64,000 nucleotides of DNA from Candidatus Poribacteria bacterium. Its GTDB lineage: Bacteria > Poribacteria > WGA-4E > WGA-3G. The notes beneath the pieces are model-generated. The model saw nothing but the letters and a program-made list of their open reading frames with translations. It was not told where the DNA came from and made no database searches. Positions 39,623-49,405 of this stretch are shown one piece after another. The DNA is taken from contig OZ219753.1 in the NCBI GenBank assembly GCA_964291315.2, positions 2,272,001-2,336,000 of the forward strand. The letters run 5' to 3'. The translations under genes and the position numbers were made by a program. Each line of letters begins with the position of its first letter. The first letter of the stretch is position 1.

Positions 39623-40327
39623 TCACTGATATAACGGACTGGGAGCGCTTGATGAGTGGGGTTGTATCCATAACTGGTAGCCAACCCCCTTAGACTTTAC
39701 GGACACGATGTGATCTTGTTCTGCAAGCATTAGAACATCGTTGTTGGACAACCGCACGCGTGCCGTTTTTTTCTCATCTACTGTGCACGTGATGTCGCAA
39801 ACAGCAGGCTCCATGGTATGAAGGCCCCTATAGAGGCAGATCGCCTCTCCTTGCGCGGGCATCGCGCACATGTCCGTCGCATTGATATTCAGCTCACTAG
39901 ACCAGGCATTTTCCCAAATTCTGGGGTGTATTTCGGAATCGGCTGCTGCCTCTCCTGCCCCCAGAATCACAGCAGCAGATCCGGTATGTGATTCCACTTT
40001 GCACATTGCGACCTCAACACCGGCTTCCGCTGTGAGCATCTCATAAGTTGTGTGATGCGGGATATACGCCACGCATGCCTCACCTTCAAAAACACTTGGC
40101 CGTTCCCCCAAAACACCGTACGCTTTGTTTCCATTATGTCCGACTAACAAGGTGCAGTGTCCACTCAATGCGATCAGTGCAACTTCGGTATCGTTAGAAT
40201 GATCAAAGAAAGTAGCCTGTGAAGTTAAGGTGAGAATTCCGAAATGGAGTTTAGTGATACCCAGTTCGCCTGGCTTCACAATTTCGGTGTACCCCGCGGT
40301 GGGGATGTAGCTCTTACATGCTGACAT
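39623..40327 (-). CDS. IolB (5-deoxy-glucuronate isomerase)-like protein, degenerate C-terminus
   Basis: N-terminal LHFGIL, EVALIALSG, R.SVFEG...YIP; lacks the YPPHKH motif. Confidence 0.6.
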   Translation of the reverse strand: MSACKSYIPTAGYTEIVKPGELGITKLHFGILTLTSQATFFDHSNDTEVALIALSGHCTLLVGHNGNKAYGVLGERPSVFEGEACVAYIPHHTTYEMLTAEAGVEVAMCKVESHTGSAAVILGAGEAAADSEIHPRIWENAWSSELNINATDMCAMPAQGEAICLYRGLHTMEPAVCDITCTVDEKKTARVRLSNNDVLMLAEQDHIVSVKSKGVGYQLWIQPHSSSAPSPLYQ

Positions 40328-40928
40328 GGGCTTGAAAATTGGACAAGTGTTCAACAAGGCTCGCTAAAGGCAGCCCCACGACATTGAAATAGCAACCCTC
40401 AATGCGTTTAACGAAAGCAGCACCTCGCCCTTGAATGCCATAGGCACCTGCCTTATCTGCTGCTTCGCCAGTAGCGATATAGTTAGCAATTTCGGCAGGA
40501 TATAGTTTCCGAAAATAAACTTGTGTTGTTTCCGACCAAGCAACCCTCCGTTCCGTTAAAGCATCAATCAGCACAACACCTGTTACCACCTCATGAGAAG
40601 CACCGCTGAGCTGCGTGAGCATTTTCATAGCATCTGCATCATCAGCAGGCTTACCGAGGAGCTGCCCATCTAAGGAAACCAAGGTGTCCGCGCCAATAAT
40701 GACACCTTCTGCACAATGTTGTGCGACAGTCTGCGCCTTGAACAAGGCAAGCTCTTGCGTTATCACATCTCCTTTTTGCTCTGGATAGATGCAGAGCGGA
40801 GGCTCAGGGACATCGCTCGGGCGGGTCTCAAAGGCCAACCCAATTTGTGATAACAACGCTGCACGCTGCGGCGATGCAGACGCTAACACTAGAGGTAAAG
40901 TCTTCAAAGTCGATTCGCGCGCTTGCAT
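40314..40928 (-). CDS. maf: Maf family nucleoside triphosphate pyrophosphatase
   Basis: LASASPQR, GADT, GKP, DKAGAYGIQ, NVVGLP. Confidence 0.93.
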   Translation of the reverse strand: MQARESTLKTLPLVLASASPQRAALLSQIGLAFETRPSDVPEPPLCIYPEQKGDVITQELALFKAQTVAQHCAEGVIIGADTLVSLDGQLLGKPADDADAMKMLTQLSGASHEVVTGVVLIDALTERRVAWSETTQVYFRKLYPAEIANYIATGEAADKAGAYGIQGRGAAFVKRIEGCYFNVVGLPLASLVEHLSNFQAHVSM

Positions 40929-40929
40929 C

Positions 40930-41205
40930 CTATTTCAGGCAATACCAACATGTGTTTTCTTTTTCGCGAATTTGCAACAAATCCACTCGTTTCAATTCTT
41001 CGATGCCAGTCTGAATCTCTATATTAGAAAACCCAATTTTCTTCAGAAACGGATCGCGTTCTGGTATAGAAAACCACCCCGGTTCCTTAGAAGAACGATA
41101 TTTCTTCTTGAAAACTTCTAGTGCATTGTACAGCCGCAGAGTCTTACCGGGCAAACCAACAAGCGGATTAACTTCAATGAAAGATTGAAGGGATTCATTA
41201 AGCAT
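40930..41205 (-). CDS. Small hypothetical protein (possible winged helix)
   Basis: 91-aa ORF abutting maf; helix-rich with a C-terminal beta hairpin. Confidence 0.55.
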   Translation of the reverse strand: MLNESLQSFIEVNPLVGLPGKTLRLYNALEVFKKKYRSSKEPGWFSIPERDPFLKKIGFSNIEIQTGIEELKRVDLLQIREKENTCWYCLK

Positions 41206-41450
41206 TACTTCAGTCCATAAATAGCTAATATTATTTCCTAATTTTAAAAATAAAACGTTTCTATTTGAAATAAGTTACAAAAAAGTTTTTTATGAATATC
41301 CGCATCTCCAGCAGTATGAAGAACGGTTAGATACCGGGGCAGGATTCCAACTTTAGTGAAAAAGAAAAACGGAATTTGGTGCACATAGGTTTGCTGTAGG
41401 AGGCATCCGCCAGAAGCTCTCAATAATTCGACATCTTTAACACACTGCAT

Positions 41451-41479
41451 TTGACAATGATTTGACCTTCTGTTAAACT
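41451..41479 (+). promoter_or_regulatory. Sigma70-like promoter
   Basis: TTGACA-17-TAAACT. Confidence 0.6.
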
Positions 41480-41510
41480 CTACTCAACTCTTAATATAGG
41501 AAGGTCAATA

Positions 41511-43463
41511 TTGCAGCCAACACATGAAAATCGTATCTCAGGACGTTCCATCGTCCTCGGTATCTGCTTCATTATTGCTATATGTTGCCTCGTTTCCTAT
41601 GCTGAATTAGTAATTACCTACATCCAAATCGGGTTTTTACAGCTGCCGCCTGCTGTCATCGGCCTGTTCTTTTTTTTGGTATTAGGGAACCGGCTGCTCG
41701 AAAAACTGAACAACCGATTCAGACTGTCCCCGCGGGAACTCATGAGCATTTACTGCATGATGCTTGTTGCTTCAATGATTTCGTCCCGCGGGGTGATGGA
41801 AAAACTGATTCCTGCCCTCATCGCAATTAACTATTTCACTAACGAAACCAACAGTTGGGATACGCTCTTTTTTTCACATATCAAGCCGTGGCTGATTCCA
41901 TTTTCACCCGAACAGAAAGGACAAGCGGGAATTGCTGTCAGTTTCTATGAAGGTATACAGACCGGGGACGTAATTCCGTGGCGTGCATGGTTGGAACCGC
42001 TGTGTGTCTGGGGCGTGCTTGTCTTTTTTGTGTTCACAGCTTTCCTTTGTCTCGCAGCGATTCTACGAAGACAATGGATCGAAAACGAAAAACTGACTTT
42101 TCCATTGGTCGCGCTTCCACTTGAGTTTGTACATGAAGGGCGCGGCTTTTTTAAAAATCGCCTCATGTGGTTAGGGTTTGCACTGCCTGCTCTCATCTTT
42201 AGCTTAAACGGCCTTCATGAGATCTATCCACAAATTCCGGGTATCTCACTTCAATATCTACTCAATCAACACTTCACGGATCAACCTTTTAATGCCATCG
42301 CCTATACGCCCATTTTCCTCTCTTTCGCAGCGGTAGGATTTTTCTACTTACTGCCGACACAACTACTTTTTAGTTTATGGTTCTTTTTCTTATTCACACG
42401 ATTCCAAGACGTTGTCGCAGCACTGTTTGGTTTGCGGGTGAGTGGGATGCCGCTCTACCCAACGAGACTCTATTTGGGTTATCAAGCCGCTGGGGCTTAT
42501 GTCGTGTTGGTTATTTCGTTTATCTATATGGGATTTCCACACTTTAGACGCGTGTTCCGCCGAGCGTTTACGGCAGATAAAGCAGATGACACTGCAGAAC
42601 TTATGCCTTATCGAATAGCAGTCTGTGGACTCATTGTTAGTTTGACGCTTGCAATAGCATGGTGTTACGCAGCAGGACTGAATTTAGGATTTGCTGCCTT
42701 CGAGATACTTGTTTATATTGGCATTATTGGCGTGGTAATGGCACGCAGCACCGCTGAGGGGGGATTGCTGATGACAGAGACATCGTTTCGGCCCATTGAT
42801 CTCTATCAACTCATCGCCACTAAAGCAACCCTCGGGGCACAGAGCCTCACCATACTCTCGTTTCTTGATGCTATCTTTACTCGAGACCAACGTGGATTAA
42901 TTCTAACAGGTTTCTTAGATGGTTTAAAAATTAGAGACCGGGTCGGCATGTCCTACCGGTCACTCTTGGGGATATTTGTCTTAGGGTGCGCGCTTGCTTT
43001 TTTATGTGCTGCTGCCATCCATTTATGGCTGCCTTATACGCATGGGGCAAATCACATGTATAGCTACACCTATCAAGGCAACCCGCTTTGGGCATTTCGA
43101 GACAACGTCGGCGCGATGGAAGGATTAACGGAAAACTTACGCCCAACAAGCGCCCTCTTTTTCGGGATCGGTGCATTCGTGACGACTGGACTGGTCATTT
43201 TGCGGATGTTATACTGGTGGTGGCCCCTGCACCCGCTAGGGTATGCGTTATCGCCTTCGTGGACGCTTATTGTATTTTGGTTTCCGGTTCTAATTGCATG
43301 GGGGATTAAAACCCCGATCCTGCGTTACAGTGGCATCCGGCAATATCAGCGTCTTCGTCCTTTTTTCCTAGGCATGATCTTCGGTGAATTTAGCATGGCG
43401 GTTGTGTGGACGCTCATCAGCTGGGGTTTAAATGTACCAGCCCCCTTCTTTCCCTGGCCGTAA
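41511..43463 (+). CDS. DUF6785/DUF6784-like polytopic membrane protein (putative transporter)
   Basis: RRQWIENEKLTFP, WWPLHPLGY, PFFLGMIFGE motifs. Confidence 0.75.
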   Translation: MQPTHENRISGRSIVLGICFIIAICCLVSYAELVITYIQIGFLQLPPAVIGLFFFLVLGNRLLEKLNNRFRLSPRELMSIYCMMLVASMISSRGVMEKLIPALIAINYFTNETNSWDTLFFSHIKPWLIPFSPEQKGQAGIAVSFYEGIQTGDVIPWRAWLEPLCVWGVLVFFVFTAFLCLAAILRRQWIENEKLTFPLVALPLEFVHEGRGFFKNRLMWLGFALPALIFSLNGLHEIYPQIPGISLQYLLNQHFTDQPFNAIAYTPIFLSFAAVGFFYLLPTQLLFSLWFFFLFTRFQDVVAALFGLRVSGMPLYPTRLYLGYQAAGAYVVLVISFIYMGFPHFRRVFRRAFTADKADDTAELMPYRIAVCGLIVSLTLAIAWCYAAGLNLGFAAFEILVYIGIIGVVMARSTAEGGLLMTETSFRPIDLYQLIATKATLGAQSLTILSFLDAIFTRDQRGLILTGFLDGLKIRDRVGMSYRSLLGIFVLGCALAFLCAAAIHLWLPYTHGANHMYSYTYQGNPLWAFRDNVGAMEGLTENLRPTSALFFGIGAFVTTGLVILRMLYWWWPLHPLGYALSPSWTLIVFWFPVLIAWGIKTPILRYSGIRQYQRLRPFFLGMIFGEFSMAVVWTLISWGLNVPAPFFPWP

Positions 43464-43481
43464 GCGTCGGACTTTATAGGT

Positions 43482-44591
43482 TCACGCAGCACTTCGATCA
43501 CGTGCTGTAACCTCCCAAGTGCCCCGACAATATCCCTCAGCATCTATGACGTAATAAAACGGATGGAGTGCAACACATGGGCAGATATGCGTCGGACAGA
43601 CGTAAATCTCTTGTCCAATGCACATTGGTGCACTGTCAGGAACGTTAATTGCCCAATGCTCTTCATGTTGTTTGTCTACTTCAGCAAGGTCAACATTCAA
43701 AATGACCCCACGGACCCCGTCAGGATCTGCAGCAATGGCTTTATGTCCTAAATCGAGGGTAATCCGATTCCGGGTAGGAATACTGATGACTCGGCTCAGA
43801 AGCAGTGCTGCTGGCGTAAAAGCGAGGTCAGGGAAGTGTGTTGTGTAACCGTAATCATAGAAGACGAAGGTTCCTGGCGATGCTTCTACCCCCGGGGTTT
43901 TTGCATAAATTGGGAATGTCGGTGTGCCGCCGATGACAATCGATGGAATCTCAAACCCTTTGGTAGAAAGTCTGTCCTGCATCTCTTCTACCTGCGCGAG
44001 ACTCTTGTTGCAGGAGGCTTGCCGCTCAGCAATATCTTCATCGTGGATATGTCCATCGTAGACGTGTAAACCCCACGGCTGCAATCCGGCCGACAGGCTA
44101 AGCTGTGTGTAGAGATTAACTGCTGCGTCCCCGACCGGGATTCCTGTGCGGTGCATACCGACATCCAAATCCAGCATGACCTTGACAGTCAAACCTGATC
44201 TCGCTACCGCTGCCGAGAGTGCCGTTACTGCTTCCGAGTGATCTACGACGACCTTAAAACCAGCATCCGGATATGCCAATTGCAGTGAAACAAACCGCTT
44301 GATATTGGGGCCCACCATCTGATACGCAATCAAAATATCCTTTATACCATTTTGTGCTAACATCTCTGCTTCGCGCAAAGTCGAGCATTTGTGCTTATAG
44401 ATACCAGCGTCACGTTCCATAGCAATAATCTCTGCAGTTTTATGTGTTTTCGCATGTGGTCTAAGCTTTGAAACATTCCCATTAACAGTAGCAATCGCTT
44501 GTTCAATATTCTGCCGAACCTGTGCAAGATAGACAACCAGTGATGGACTCGGTATTGTCTCAACGTTCTGAATCTCGTATTTCCTATTCAT
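43482..44591 (-). CDS. D-threonine aldolase/DSD1-family PLP enzyme
   Basis: RPHAKTHK, DVGMHRTG, HVYDGH, GGTPTF, EEH, PTHICP. Confidence 0.9.
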   Translation of the reverse strand: MNRKYEIQNVETIPSPSLVVYLAQVRQNIEQAIATVNGNVSKLRPHAKTHKTAEIIAMERDAGIYKHKCSTLREAEMLAQNGIKDILIAYQMVGPNIKRFVSLQLAYPDAGFKVVVDHSEAVTALSAAVARSGLTVKVMLDLDVGMHRTGIPVGDAAVNLYTQLSLSAGLQPWGLHVYDGHIHDEDIAERQASCNKSLAQVEEMQDRLSTKGFEIPSIVIGGTPTFPIYAKTPGVEASPGTFVFYDYGYTTHFPDLAFTPAALLLSRVISIPTRNRITLDLGHKAIAADPDGVRGVILNVDLAEVDKQHEEHWAINVPDSAPMCIGQEIYVCPTHICPCVALHPFYYVIDAEGYCRGTWEVTARDRSAA

Positions 44592-44767
44592 GGCATTACC
44601 TCTTTGTGTGAAGTCGGAGATAGTGAAATCGGAAAGATACACCTATTCTACACAATCAGTAAAATAAAGTCAATCTCAATCAGATCATTGCGATTTAGCT
44701 TCCGTATAGGATTGCACCAAATCTCGTCCCGCATTGACCGCTGATTGCTACCTTTATGCTATTTCAC

Positions 44768-44796
44768 TTGCATATAACCTCAAAAATGTATATAAT
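44768..44796 (+). promoter_or_regulatory. Sigma70-like promoter
   Basis: TTGCAT-17-TATAAT. Confidence 0.6.
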
Positions 44797-44902
44797 AATA
44801 TACTACGGTGTTGTGAGGCGTAGTGTGGATGAGTGATGAACGTCAATACCTCCAGTCTCCCCACGGAGTAGAGACGAACAGACGAACAATAGAAGGTTAA
44901 GG

Positions 44903-45140
44903 ATGTATCCATTTTTAGTGTTAATTACCGGTGTTGCTTCCGTTTCAGATTACATGTAGTAATCTGCATTGGCCTATGCGCAGATAACACACCGACCATT
45001 TATTGAAGACGGATGGGGAGGGCACTGGTCTTCGGATAAGAGCGGTACCGATGCAAAAGTCGCTGTTGATGATGTTGTTATCTATCATTGTGCTTTAGAT
45101 AACAAAAAGGTTATGAAGAATTGCCGAACCGTCTTTGATG
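44903..45140 (+). pseudogene. Internally deleted LamG-like jellyroll gene remnant
   Basis: AYAQ...IEDGWGGHWSSD (LamG-protein N-terminus) joined to DDVVIYHCALD..KVMKN (LamG C-terminus); broken leader. Confidence 0.45.
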
Positions 45141-45249
45141 CTGACCTTCAGGAAAATTTACTATTACGAGGGTTTTCAAAGCTCTCAATTTTCGTAGAGG
45201 CGGCCGAATCCTATCTAGCTGCCTTCCAAAACGGAGGAGTCCAACCGCC

Positions 45250-45813
45250 ATGGCAAAGTTGTACTCTAATATCCCTCAAAAACTACAAGAATTTATCAAA
45301 TCTCAAAAAATCTTCTTTGTCGCAACTGCAACGTCCGACAGTCGGATTAATTTGTCTCCTAAGGGCATGGATTCGCTGCGCGTTCTTAATGAAAACCGGG
45401 TCGCTTGGCTGAACGTAACAGGGAGTGGAAACGAAACTGCTGCACACGTTCAAGAGAACCCTCGGATGACAATTATGTTGACAGCTTTTGCTGAAGCACC
45501 TTTGATCCTCCGACTCTACGGCACTGCAAAGGCTATTCATAAAGACGATGTGGAATGGCAGCACCTCCGCCCACTGTTTCCGCCACTGCCAGGTGCACGA
45601 CAGATCTTCGACATTAATATCGACCTTGTGCAAACCTCTTGCGGAATGGCTGTTCCGCTTTACGACTACACAGGTGAAAGAGAACAACTGAATACTTGGG
45701 CAACCAAGAAAGGTGAACAAGGTGTCACGGCATATTGGAAAGAAGTTAACCACACCAGTCTCGATGGAAAACCGACCCATTTTGCTACCTCAAAGCAAAA
45801 TCAGATACAATAG
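45250..45813 (+). CDS. Pyridoxamine 5'-phosphate oxidase family FMN-binding protein
   Basis: FFVATA, NLSPKG, GSGNET, ILRLYG, QTSCG. Confidence 0.9.
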   Translation: MAKLYSNIPQKLQEFIKSQKIFFVATATSDSRINLSPKGMDSLRVLNENRVAWLNVTGSGNETAAHVQENPRMTIMLTAFAEAPLILRLYGTAKAIHKDDVEWQHLRPLFPPLPGARQIFDINIDLVQTSCGMAVPLYDYTGEREQLNTWATKKGEQGVTAYWKEVNHTSLDGKPTHFATSKQNQIQ

Positions 45814-45832
45814 ACTCAGAGCTGCCGCTAAA

Positions 45833-48439
45833 ATGAAATTGTTACTATCTTCTTTGATCACGTTTTTTATAACGTCCGTTTTTGCTGTACAAGCTCTGCC
45901 CCCGGATCCTGAACTCCAAAGTGCGATTCAGACTGCACAGAAATTCAGAAATCTCAAGCCGAGATACACTGCAGATGAAATCACAGAATGTGCCACCGAT
46001 AGTTTCGTCACGATTGCTAAGAATTGGCGCAATTTACCTTCAATATACCGGGAGGAGCTCAAACCACTTTTTCTACGCCCCGGGCTCCCGGGGAGTTTCT
46101 TCGGTGAGATTGAACTGTCAGAACATTTCAATACGCCGCACTTCAGACTCCACTACACGCGCACGGGTCCGCATGCGCCTCCGCTTGAGGATTTCCATCC
46201 GCGCAACGGTGTCCCGGATTATGTCGATCGCTGTGCCGATGCAATGGAACGTGCGTATCACGTCCAAATTGATTTGATGGACTTCAAGATTCCCTACATA
46301 GACTTTTGGGCAGCACAAAACGGGGGTAACCATAAATACGATGTCTATATCTTTACCTTCCCTGCTCTCGGTATTACAACAGCCGATTGGTTTGAGGGGC
46401 GCGTCTTATCGACCGCGTTGACAATCGCCCCCTATTTCATGATTAATTCCCGTATCTACGATTATGTGGGAAAAATGGAGGGACTCCGTTATCTGGATAC
46501 AACCTGTACTCATGAATTCCTTCACGGTGTGCAGTTCGGGTACAACGCCTATATGCCGACGTGGTTTATGGAAGCATCTGCAACGTGGATAGAGGCGATA
46601 ACCTACGACGGCGGCGAGATTGAAGACGGCGATACGATCCCCGATCCAGATGAACCCAACGAGACGAACGCCTACAACTACTACACCCATCAGCTCCGCC
46701 GCTGGTTTCTAATCCCCGATATCTCGCTCGACAGCCGCATCGGCGACCACGAATACGGCTCCGTTATTTGGACACTGTATATGACTGAACGGTTTGGTTA
46801 CGATGTTGTTCGACAACTTTACAGAAATACCACCGACGGCAGTTACCGCGAGATGGGAAATTTTTATGATGTCTTTATCAATAACGGCACAACGCTCTGC
46901 GAAGCGTTCAAGACCTTTACCGTTTGGAATTATTTCACCTATACGCGCGCCAATACGACCACAGAAATAGAGGGTTACAAAAACGCGCACCGATTTCCGC
47001 CTGTCGCCATTCATCCAAACGACGTTCACACCACCTATCCTGTCCGCATCGATTTCGACTCCGAGTCAATGCCTGAACATTTTTCGGCACGTTACCTTGT
47101 CTTTCGTCCAACAGGCGTTTTCCCAGAATTCGCGATCAAAATTGATGGTGCAGATCTCGGACCTGTGGACCTCCGACGCTTGTCTCTCGAAGATCAAGAG
47201 GACATTCGAAGCGAATTACAACGACACAACGGGACAGGCTTACGCGGATGGGCGGCCAAATTTATTGTCAAAAAACGGAACGGTACTACTGAAATTAGAG
47301 AGGCGTTCACCTACCACCGTTCTCAAGAAGCACAAATGACATTTAAAGACTTTGGCGGCGACATCCAAGAGATCACTCTGATTCTAATAAATATGCATCC
47401 TGACATCGAACGGGTGATAGTTCCGGGCGGCAGTTTCGGAGGATCTGTTACTTATATAGCAGGCGCACCTCCAGCGGGCAAGCTGTCGAACGTACAGGTA
47501 TCCGAGGATTTGAGCGGCCCCATTGTAATGTGGAATGTTGACGACCCCACTGGCATTCGAGAAGTCGCAATCGTAAGAAGACGCTCCCTACTCCTACGTG
47601 AAACGGATGTTCCACTCCGCTTTCAAAATTCAAACGAAGTCCTTGGAGCCGCTGACCATAACAACAACGGCATCCCGGAAGACGATATAACCGTTGTTGG
47701 CCGCGTAGATGTGGCCCAAACACAGTTCCAAGACACGACCCTCTTTGAAAGTATTGATGTCACCAGCGATTCGTTTGATACAAACAACCTACATGCTTAT
47801 TATGCAGTTGTACCTGTTGGCACTAACGGACTTATGGGCACACCGAGTATCATGCAAGACAGCGTTACGCCTGTTGTAGATGCAACAAGCGCAGCCCCTG
47901 CCTTTTTTATTCGTACGCAACCGTACGGCACGGGCGAATGGCAGGTTCAAGTCCGAAGTACGCACCCCCTACAAGATATACCACACCTAAAAGTAGAGAC
48001 TCCCGATAGGAACCGGTATGCCGTGCTTTTAAAGCGAGAAACCGAAACAAAATGGATCGGAACATTTCGTACAACCGGATTTCCCCCGATAGGTACTTAT
48101 TTCTATAAAATCCACGGAGAGACAGCGGGTGGAGTAGCCGGCACACAAATTTGGCAAGGACAAACCTTCAATTATATGGCAAGTCGCGCAAACCAAACTG
48201 TCACAGTTGCACCGAACCCGCTTCACGCCGGGCAGGGGCAACACCTCACTTTCTATCCGAAGGGCTTAACCGTTGAAATCTATGACACCTTAGGGAATCT
48301 AATTAAAGTCCTAAACGATGCTACGCAGTGGGATTGCACCAATGCCCGCGGCGAAATGGTCTGTGCAGGACTCTACTTCTTCCGAGCAACCGATGGAAAC
48401 GGCTTCCAAAGCATTGGAAAATTTTGTGTGGTAAAATAG
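45833..48439 (+). CDS. Secreted zinc metalloprotease-like protein (MXAN_6640-like) with FlgD/T9SS-like C-terminal domain
   Basis: Signal peptide from ATG 45833; HFRLHY, NGVPDYVD, HEFLHGVQFGY, WFMEASATW; C-terminal PNP...IYDTLG...WD...GLYF. Confidence 0.75.
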   Translation: MKLLLSSLITFFITSVFAVQALPPDPELQSAIQTAQKFRNLKPRYTADEITECATDSFVTIAKNWRNLPSIYREELKPLFLRPGLPGSFFGEIELSEHFNTPHFRLHYTRTGPHAPPLEDFHPRNGVPDYVDRCADAMERAYHVQIDLMDFKIPYIDFWAAQNGGNHKYDVYIFTFPALGITTADWFEGRVLSTALTIAPYFMINSRIYDYVGKMEGLRYLDTTCTHEFLHGVQFGYNAYMPTWFMEASATWIEAITYDGGEIEDGDTIPDPDEPNETNAYNYYTHQLRRWFLIPDISLDSRIGDHEYGSVIWTLYMTERFGYDVVRQLYRNTTDGSYREMGNFYDVFINNGTTLCEAFKTFTVWNYFTYTRANTTTEIEGYKNAHRFPPVAIHPNDVHTTYPVRIDFDSESMPEHFSARYLVFRPTGVFPEFAIKIDGADLGPVDLRRLSLEDQEDIRSELQRHNGTGLRGWAAKFIVKKRNGTTEIREAFTYHRSQEAQMTFKDFGGDIQEITLILINMHPDIERVIVPGGSFGGSVTYIAGAPPAGKLSNVQVSEDLSGPIVMWNVDDPTGIREVAIVRRRSLLLRETDVPLRFQNSNEVLGAADHNNNGIPEDDITVVGRVDVAQTQFQDTTLFESIDVTSDSFDTNNLHAYYAVVPVGTNGLMGTPSIMQDSVTPVVDATSAAPAFFIRTQPYGTGEWQVQVRSTHPLQDIPHLKVETPDRNRYAVLLKRETETKWIGTFRTTGFPPIGTYFYKIHGETAGGVAGTQIWQGQTFNYMASRANQTVTVAPNPLHAGQGQHLTFYPKGLTVEIYDTLGNLIKVLNDATQWDCTNARGEMVCAGLYFFRATDGNGFQSIGKFCVVK

Positions 48440-48560
48440 ATGTCAGACACCAATCGTTGGTTATTTGTCAAACATGTGATGGAAGGGAACAGTGTTAACT
48501 GACAGATATGAGAGGCGGCGAGAATTGAAGCCTGATAACTTCTAAAATTGAAAGTTAGTT

Positions 48561-49385
48561 ATGCTAAAAACGTTATACTGTTATTCCACTATTTTCTTTC
48601 TAGCCTTCCTCGCTGCATGCGGAGATGAAGGACTAGTTGATCCATACGGTGAAACCACTCTTCTGCCTCCTGAGACAAGCGGTCTCCGCGCCATCGATTT
48701 TCCGACGGCTACAGGCTCAGCCTGGACGTACATCAACGTTGAAACCGAGCAGGAATTCACAATTCGAATTGAAGGCACACGCGATATTAGCGGCACAACG
48801 CACCGGCAGCTAAGCATCAGTGCAATTACCACTGAAACCCCAGAAGAGTTGATCCTTGACACTGTGGATCACTTGGCAGCAAACGCCTATTACTTTCGAT
48901 TGGATACCGAGTTTTACGACGCGTTCTCATTTCCTGTTTTATCAACATATTTTTTTAAGACCTCACAGGCATTGATAGAATCTGCTTTTGACATCTATCT
49001 ACCTATCGAGAACCCGGTCTATCACGCGAAGCATTTCCCACCGCGTCAACTATGGGATTTTCCGCTAGAAGTAGGAAAACAGTGGACTGTTTTTGATAAA
49101 ACTGTGGGGACACCGGTCACTGTCACACGTTATGTTGTCGAGAAAGACGCTCCGGTCACCGTTCCTGCAGGCAGCTACTCGACTTATGTTGTTCAAGAAG
49201 AAGTACTTTACGCGGATAGCCAAGACCCGTCAATTTTCTTGATTAGTCCGCCTGCGATTTATTGGGTTGCGCCCTCAGTAGGTGTCGTCCAATATCGGTA
49301 TAATCGTTACCGAGCCACCGATGGGTTCTCCGCACAAACTTTTGCGCTCAAGAATGCGTACATCCCAGAATCGGTTGAGGAATAG
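48561..49385 (+). CDS. Lipoprotein, hypothetical
   Basis: Lipobox LAAC; VTVPAGSY and YWVAPSVGVV motifs. Confidence 0.75.
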   Translation: MLKTLYCYSTIFFLAFLAACGDEGLVDPYGETTLLPPETSGLRAIDFPTATGSAWTYINVETEQEFTIRIEGTRDISGTTHRQLSISAITTETPEELILDTVDHLAANAYYFRLDTEFYDAFSFPVLSTYFFKTSQALIESAFDIYLPIENPVYHAKHFPPRQLWDFPLEVGKQWTVFDKTVGTPVTVTRYVVEKDAPVTVPAGSYSTYVVQEEVLYADSQDPSIFLISPPAIYWVAPSVGVVQYRYNRYRATDGFSAQTFALKNAYIPESVEE

Positions 49386-49405
49386 CAGATAACAAATAAC
49401 GTTCT

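Noticed and set aside
44845-44890. Minus-strand resemblance to the glutamine (glnA) riboswitch (GTTCGTCTC...GAGAC.GGAGGTA)
   Set aside because: The 3' closing elements are missing and the context is not nitrogen metabolism
45713-45832. Upstream extension of the metalloprotease ORF
   Set aside because: Overlaps the PNPOx gene; the signal peptide begins at ATG 45833
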